Positions 59,894 through 64,000 of a DNA stretch of 64,000 nucleotides are shown here, one piece after another. Both the position numbers and the translations under genes were made by a program. The stretch's first letter is position 1. Each line of letters begins with the position of its first letter. The notes under the pieces are model-generated. The model was not told where the DNA came from. It searched no databases and saw only the letters and a list, made by a program, of their open reading frames with translations. The DNA comes from Malacoraja senta. Taxonomy: Eukaryota. The stretch is taken from contig JAXLNO010000061.1 in the NCBI GenBank assembly GCA_038087875.1, positions 186,001 to 250,000 on the forward strand, in the 5' to 3' direction.

Positions 59894-62800
59894 AATAGTA
59901 AGATTAAACGAGAACTTAGCAGTTTGAAGTTTGATCTGTATTTTATGAGGAGTTACGATGAGGGATTACGTGAAGACCCCGTCCAGCACGCATGCGCGAC
60001 ATTCTTCAAAGCAGCGGTGTGGAATCACAGGAAACACAATAATTGAAATAAACATAGTAAAGAAAAGGAGAACTAAGATACCTGTTGATCTATATATTTG
60101 AGGGTGGGAGCGGAGGGCACGTAATCCCTCATCGTAACTCCTCATAAAATACAGATCAAACTTCAAACTGGTAAGTTCTCGTTTAATCTTACTATTTTAC
60201 TTCGGAGTCACGTGAGTGACTTCGTGAAGACTTCAAAGCTCTGTGATTTCAAACCGTGTAACAGTTCATACTTCACTCGCTGCCGAAGTCATTCAAGGGA
60301 GGAAGTATGTTATCGTAATCAACCATAATCTGTTTGTAAACAATAATGGTATCTATTAAACAATAACAAAAGACAAAATGCTCCCCCGGGCTTAAATTAT
60401 ATAATTTTGCAGATTTTAAAACTCTTTCTGCAAATAACACAGGTTCTGCTAGCGGCTTGTGGTAGAACGTTTGGAACGTTTTCTCCATGTTCATTCTTTT
60501 AGCCGCCGATGTGGATGCTGCCCTGGTGGAGTGAGATGTATATACATCAGTATCTACTCCAGCAGCTCCCAGTACCTGCTTGAGCCATCTCGAGATGGTT
60601 TGGCTCGACACCCAACCATGAGGTTTCTTGTGGCTGACCCATAAGGCTTTTTAATTTATTTATTTATTTATTTATTTATATATATATATATATTTTTTCC
60701 TTCTCCCTCGAGAATCTCTTGTTGTGTTGATGTAAGTGAATAAGTGAGTCATGACACACAACCGTAGGTCAGGTGGGTATGCCCGGAAATCCATAACTAG
60801 GACTCAAGTTCCTGGCTTGCTCTGCTTTAGCAGCTCCTGAATGGTGAATGAGACCCGGTCTGGTGTTATAACCATGTTGTCCAGTCGCAGTAAGTGGAGG
60901 GACTGGACTCTTTGTGCTGAGGCTAGTAGCATCAGCATGACCGTTTTCAGGGTTAGCTTTTCCAGGGTGAGAGACCTGGCTGGGGACCATCCCCTTAGGT
61001 ATGTCAGGACCACACTGACATCCCAGATTTGTGTATACCTAGGTCTAAGAGGGTTGGAGTTGACGATACTCCTCATGAGTTTGATCACCAGCGGGTGAGA
61101 CCCTATGGCCTGTTGTCCTGGCACCTGTTTTAAGTAGGCTGACAGCGCACGTCTGGCAGTATTGATGGCGCTGTAGCTCAATCCTTCATTATGGTGAAGG
61201 CCCCCCAGGAACTCCAGTACATTGGTTATGGTTGCAGATGAGTACGTTGTCCCAGTAGTCGAGCAGTATCTTTCCCACTTCCTGATGCTCGATAGGTATT
61301 GTTTCCTGGTGGACATACGGTGTCATCATGTTGATGGTCCTGTCAGACAATCCCAGTCCCAGCAGTGGTCTTTTGATAATCTGCAACCCAGTAGGTTAAT
61401 TTTGGCATGGCATGGATGACTTATGCCTGATACAGGGTGCGTCAATAGGTCTGGGCTACTGGGAAAGGTCATAGGAGTGTCGATGACCATGTCGAGGACC
61501 ACTGGGAATCATGGCTGTGTAGGCCAGTTGGTACTATCAAAATACCTGAAGCAGAGTCCATCTGTATTTTGCGTAGTACCCTACAGATTAAGGCAGAAGG
61601 GGAAAAAGCATAGAAGAAATCTGTCCCCCAGTTCAGCGCGAATGCATCTATCGCTGCTGCCTCAGGGTGTGGTTCCCAAGGGACATACATTGGTACGTGG
61701 TGATTTAGTCTGGATGCAAAGAGATCGATATCTGGTGTGCCATATTGGTTTGTAATTTTAGCAAAGCTCTAGGATTTAACATCCATTTGGTGTTTATCAT
61801 TGAATTTGCATGACCTGGCACTGTATTTAGCTTACCTGGTAGGTAAGTTGCTGATAGCCAAATATGTCTATCGACCCACCATTACCAGATTGTGTTGACC
61901 CAATTGTCACATGATATCGATTTTATTCCGGCCATATGGTTAATATAGGCCACCACCGTGATATTATCAATTTGTAAATGAACATGCAAGTTGTGCATAT
62001 TCCTAGAATATGCTTTAAAACCATAAAACGCACCCAACATTTCCAAATAATTTATGCCCAGTGTTTGTAGTAAAGACGAGTCTAGGTTAGTCCATCTACC
62101 ACCTGTGCTGGATATGGTATTAGTTGCTCCCCAGCCTTGAGCACTGGCATCTGTTTGTATAGTTAACGTTGGGTTATTGATGATGATAGGGCTGGAACTA
62201 TGCCAAATGTGTTATATCCACCATTGTAACTCTGATATTGCTTCAATGGGTAGTTTCATGGATCTGTCAAAGTGACCTGCATGTCGTTTCAACGCCTGTA
62301 CTTTTGCCCTTTGTAGGTGCTGATAGTGCAGGAGTCCAAATTGTGTAGCTGAAAATGCTGCTACCATTTTGCCAATTACTCTTGCCACTTGTGGGATGGT
62401 TGGTCGATTGCTTACCATTAAATTGTTGCACATCTGTGCCAATTCTGCTGCTTTACCTTTTGGCAACGTTACAGACATGTGGATTGAGTTAATTGAATCC
62501 CAGATAGTCCATAGTTGTGGATGGCGTCAACTTAGATTTATCTGGATGTATGACAAACCCAGGGTTTCAAACTATTATTTGGTAGCTAATACAGCTGATT
62601 TAGCCAACTCCATGGTTTTGCCAACTATTAGGATATCATCAAGATACGCCATGACAATATGTCTTTGTTTCGCTAATGTTGCCAAGGCTGGTTTTAATAT
62701 CTTGGTAAATAGTCTAAGGCTGATGTCAACCCATTAGGCAATACTTTATACTGCCATAGTTGCCCCATCCAGGTAAATTTTCAGGTATCTGCGATGACCC

Positions 62801-64000
62801 TTGTGAATGGGTACTGAATAGTAGGCATCTTTTAGATCAATGCTTGCCATAAAGTATCCTTTGGAAATCAGTTGTTTAGCAGTTACAAATGTTTCCATTT
62901 TGAAATGTACATACTTAACAAAGGTATTTAGTGAGGTTAAGTCAATGATGATGCGACATCCACCATCTTTTTTACTTTTGGTAAATATATTTGAGACAAA
63001 TTCCAAAGGATCATGTTTGGATTTCTCAATGACACCCTTTGTAAGTAACCTCACCAGTTCTGCTTGAGCCTCTAGTTCTCTTTGACTGAGAGGGTAAAGA
63101 CCCTTTGGGTACGTGCTGAACTGGTGGCATGTTTTCGTGAATGAACTCTATTTTGTATCCCCGAATACTGTTAAGTATATAACTATCATTCGTGAGACAC
63201 CTCCTGTTAGTACAGTTCCCCATTTACATGCTGGTAGGAACCAAACCCACCTACCTCCATAGTTATGGTAGTGTTCCTTTCTTCCGTTTGTTCATCCGTC
63301 GTTATACTGCTGGATGTACTGTTGATGTACTGCTGATTGGGGGTGGCGCATTTTCCATGGGGTCCGCTCTGGGCCCTGGCCTAAAAAGGCTTTCAGGGAT
63401 AGTATGCGGACCCCGAGCTTTCACCAGTGACATAAATTTGACCTTGACTGGTGGACGCGGTGGGATACTGCCGTCTGGTTTTTTGTGTGGGTCTGCTCGT
63501 TCCGGGGCCTGCCCTCATGAGGCCAAATGCTTTGGACTCCTCCTCCAGGTCTTTCACTTGTCCTTCCAAATAACAGGATCTGCGGCTCTGAGGCCGGTGT
63601 TTTACACAGTCCTGCAAACCTGGGATTGAGGGCAGGTCTTATTCTCTCCTTGCGGAGGTTATTTATCTCATATTGGGTGTAGCACAGCAGAGCCAGAGTG
63701 TCTTGCTGGTTTGTGGTCATATCCACCCCATCCACGGAACGAGCATAGGCTGTTATCCCTGTCGTCAGGAGCTTGAGGATTTTAGCTCCTGGTTCCGGAT
63801 ACTCTGTCCCCCCCCCCCCAGATTTGGCTGTTAACAGCCGGTACATTGAGCGAACTGCAGTTTTCCAGCTCTAGTGCCTCATTAAGTACCTGTCTTGTAG
63901 GGGTTTGAGGGACAGGTGGTTGATGCTGGCCGCCAGTTTTGGCTCCAATGGCCGCCCTGCTCGTGGTGAAACCACGTAGCGGATCTCCACACCCAGCAGC
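59894..64000 (-). mobile_element. DIRS retrotransposon (right part; continues beyond the window)
   Basis: Right ITR 59894-~60000; ICR 60120-60230; YR (RPRYTQIWDV..LTLKT..SAQRVQ, HSTRAAS); MT (DLFAS..DAF..W..YAF); RNase H TDAS; RT IDLKDAY; gag remnant. Confidence 0.93.

Overview
Repeat-dense vertebrate genomic window, most likely a cartilaginous fish (skate/ray-like), inferred from the CR1, HE1/V-SINE and DIRS content. The only host gene found is a minus-strand leukocyte-type (CD11/ITGAM-ITGAX-like) integrin alpha. Nine exons (34929->11301) encode beta-propeller blades 4-7, thigh, genu and part of calf-1. They all lie on one contig bounded by two 200-N gaps, and two or possibly three 1-bp deletions in homopolymers break the frame. 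The rest is nested mobile DNA: many CR1 LINEs, two DIRS elements (one complete with ITRs and ICR), two Gypsy LTR elements, Rex1/Babar, Tx1 and Penelope fragments, several hAT and Harbinger-type elements and a TGT...ACA MITE with clear TSDs, and minisatellites. The best finding is a ~139-bp TSD-flanked SINE (20158-20296, minus strand) whose first 54 nt fold into a minimal HDV-like self-cleaving ribozyme starting exactly at the element's 5' end. All calls were made by eye; no alignments or folding programs were run.
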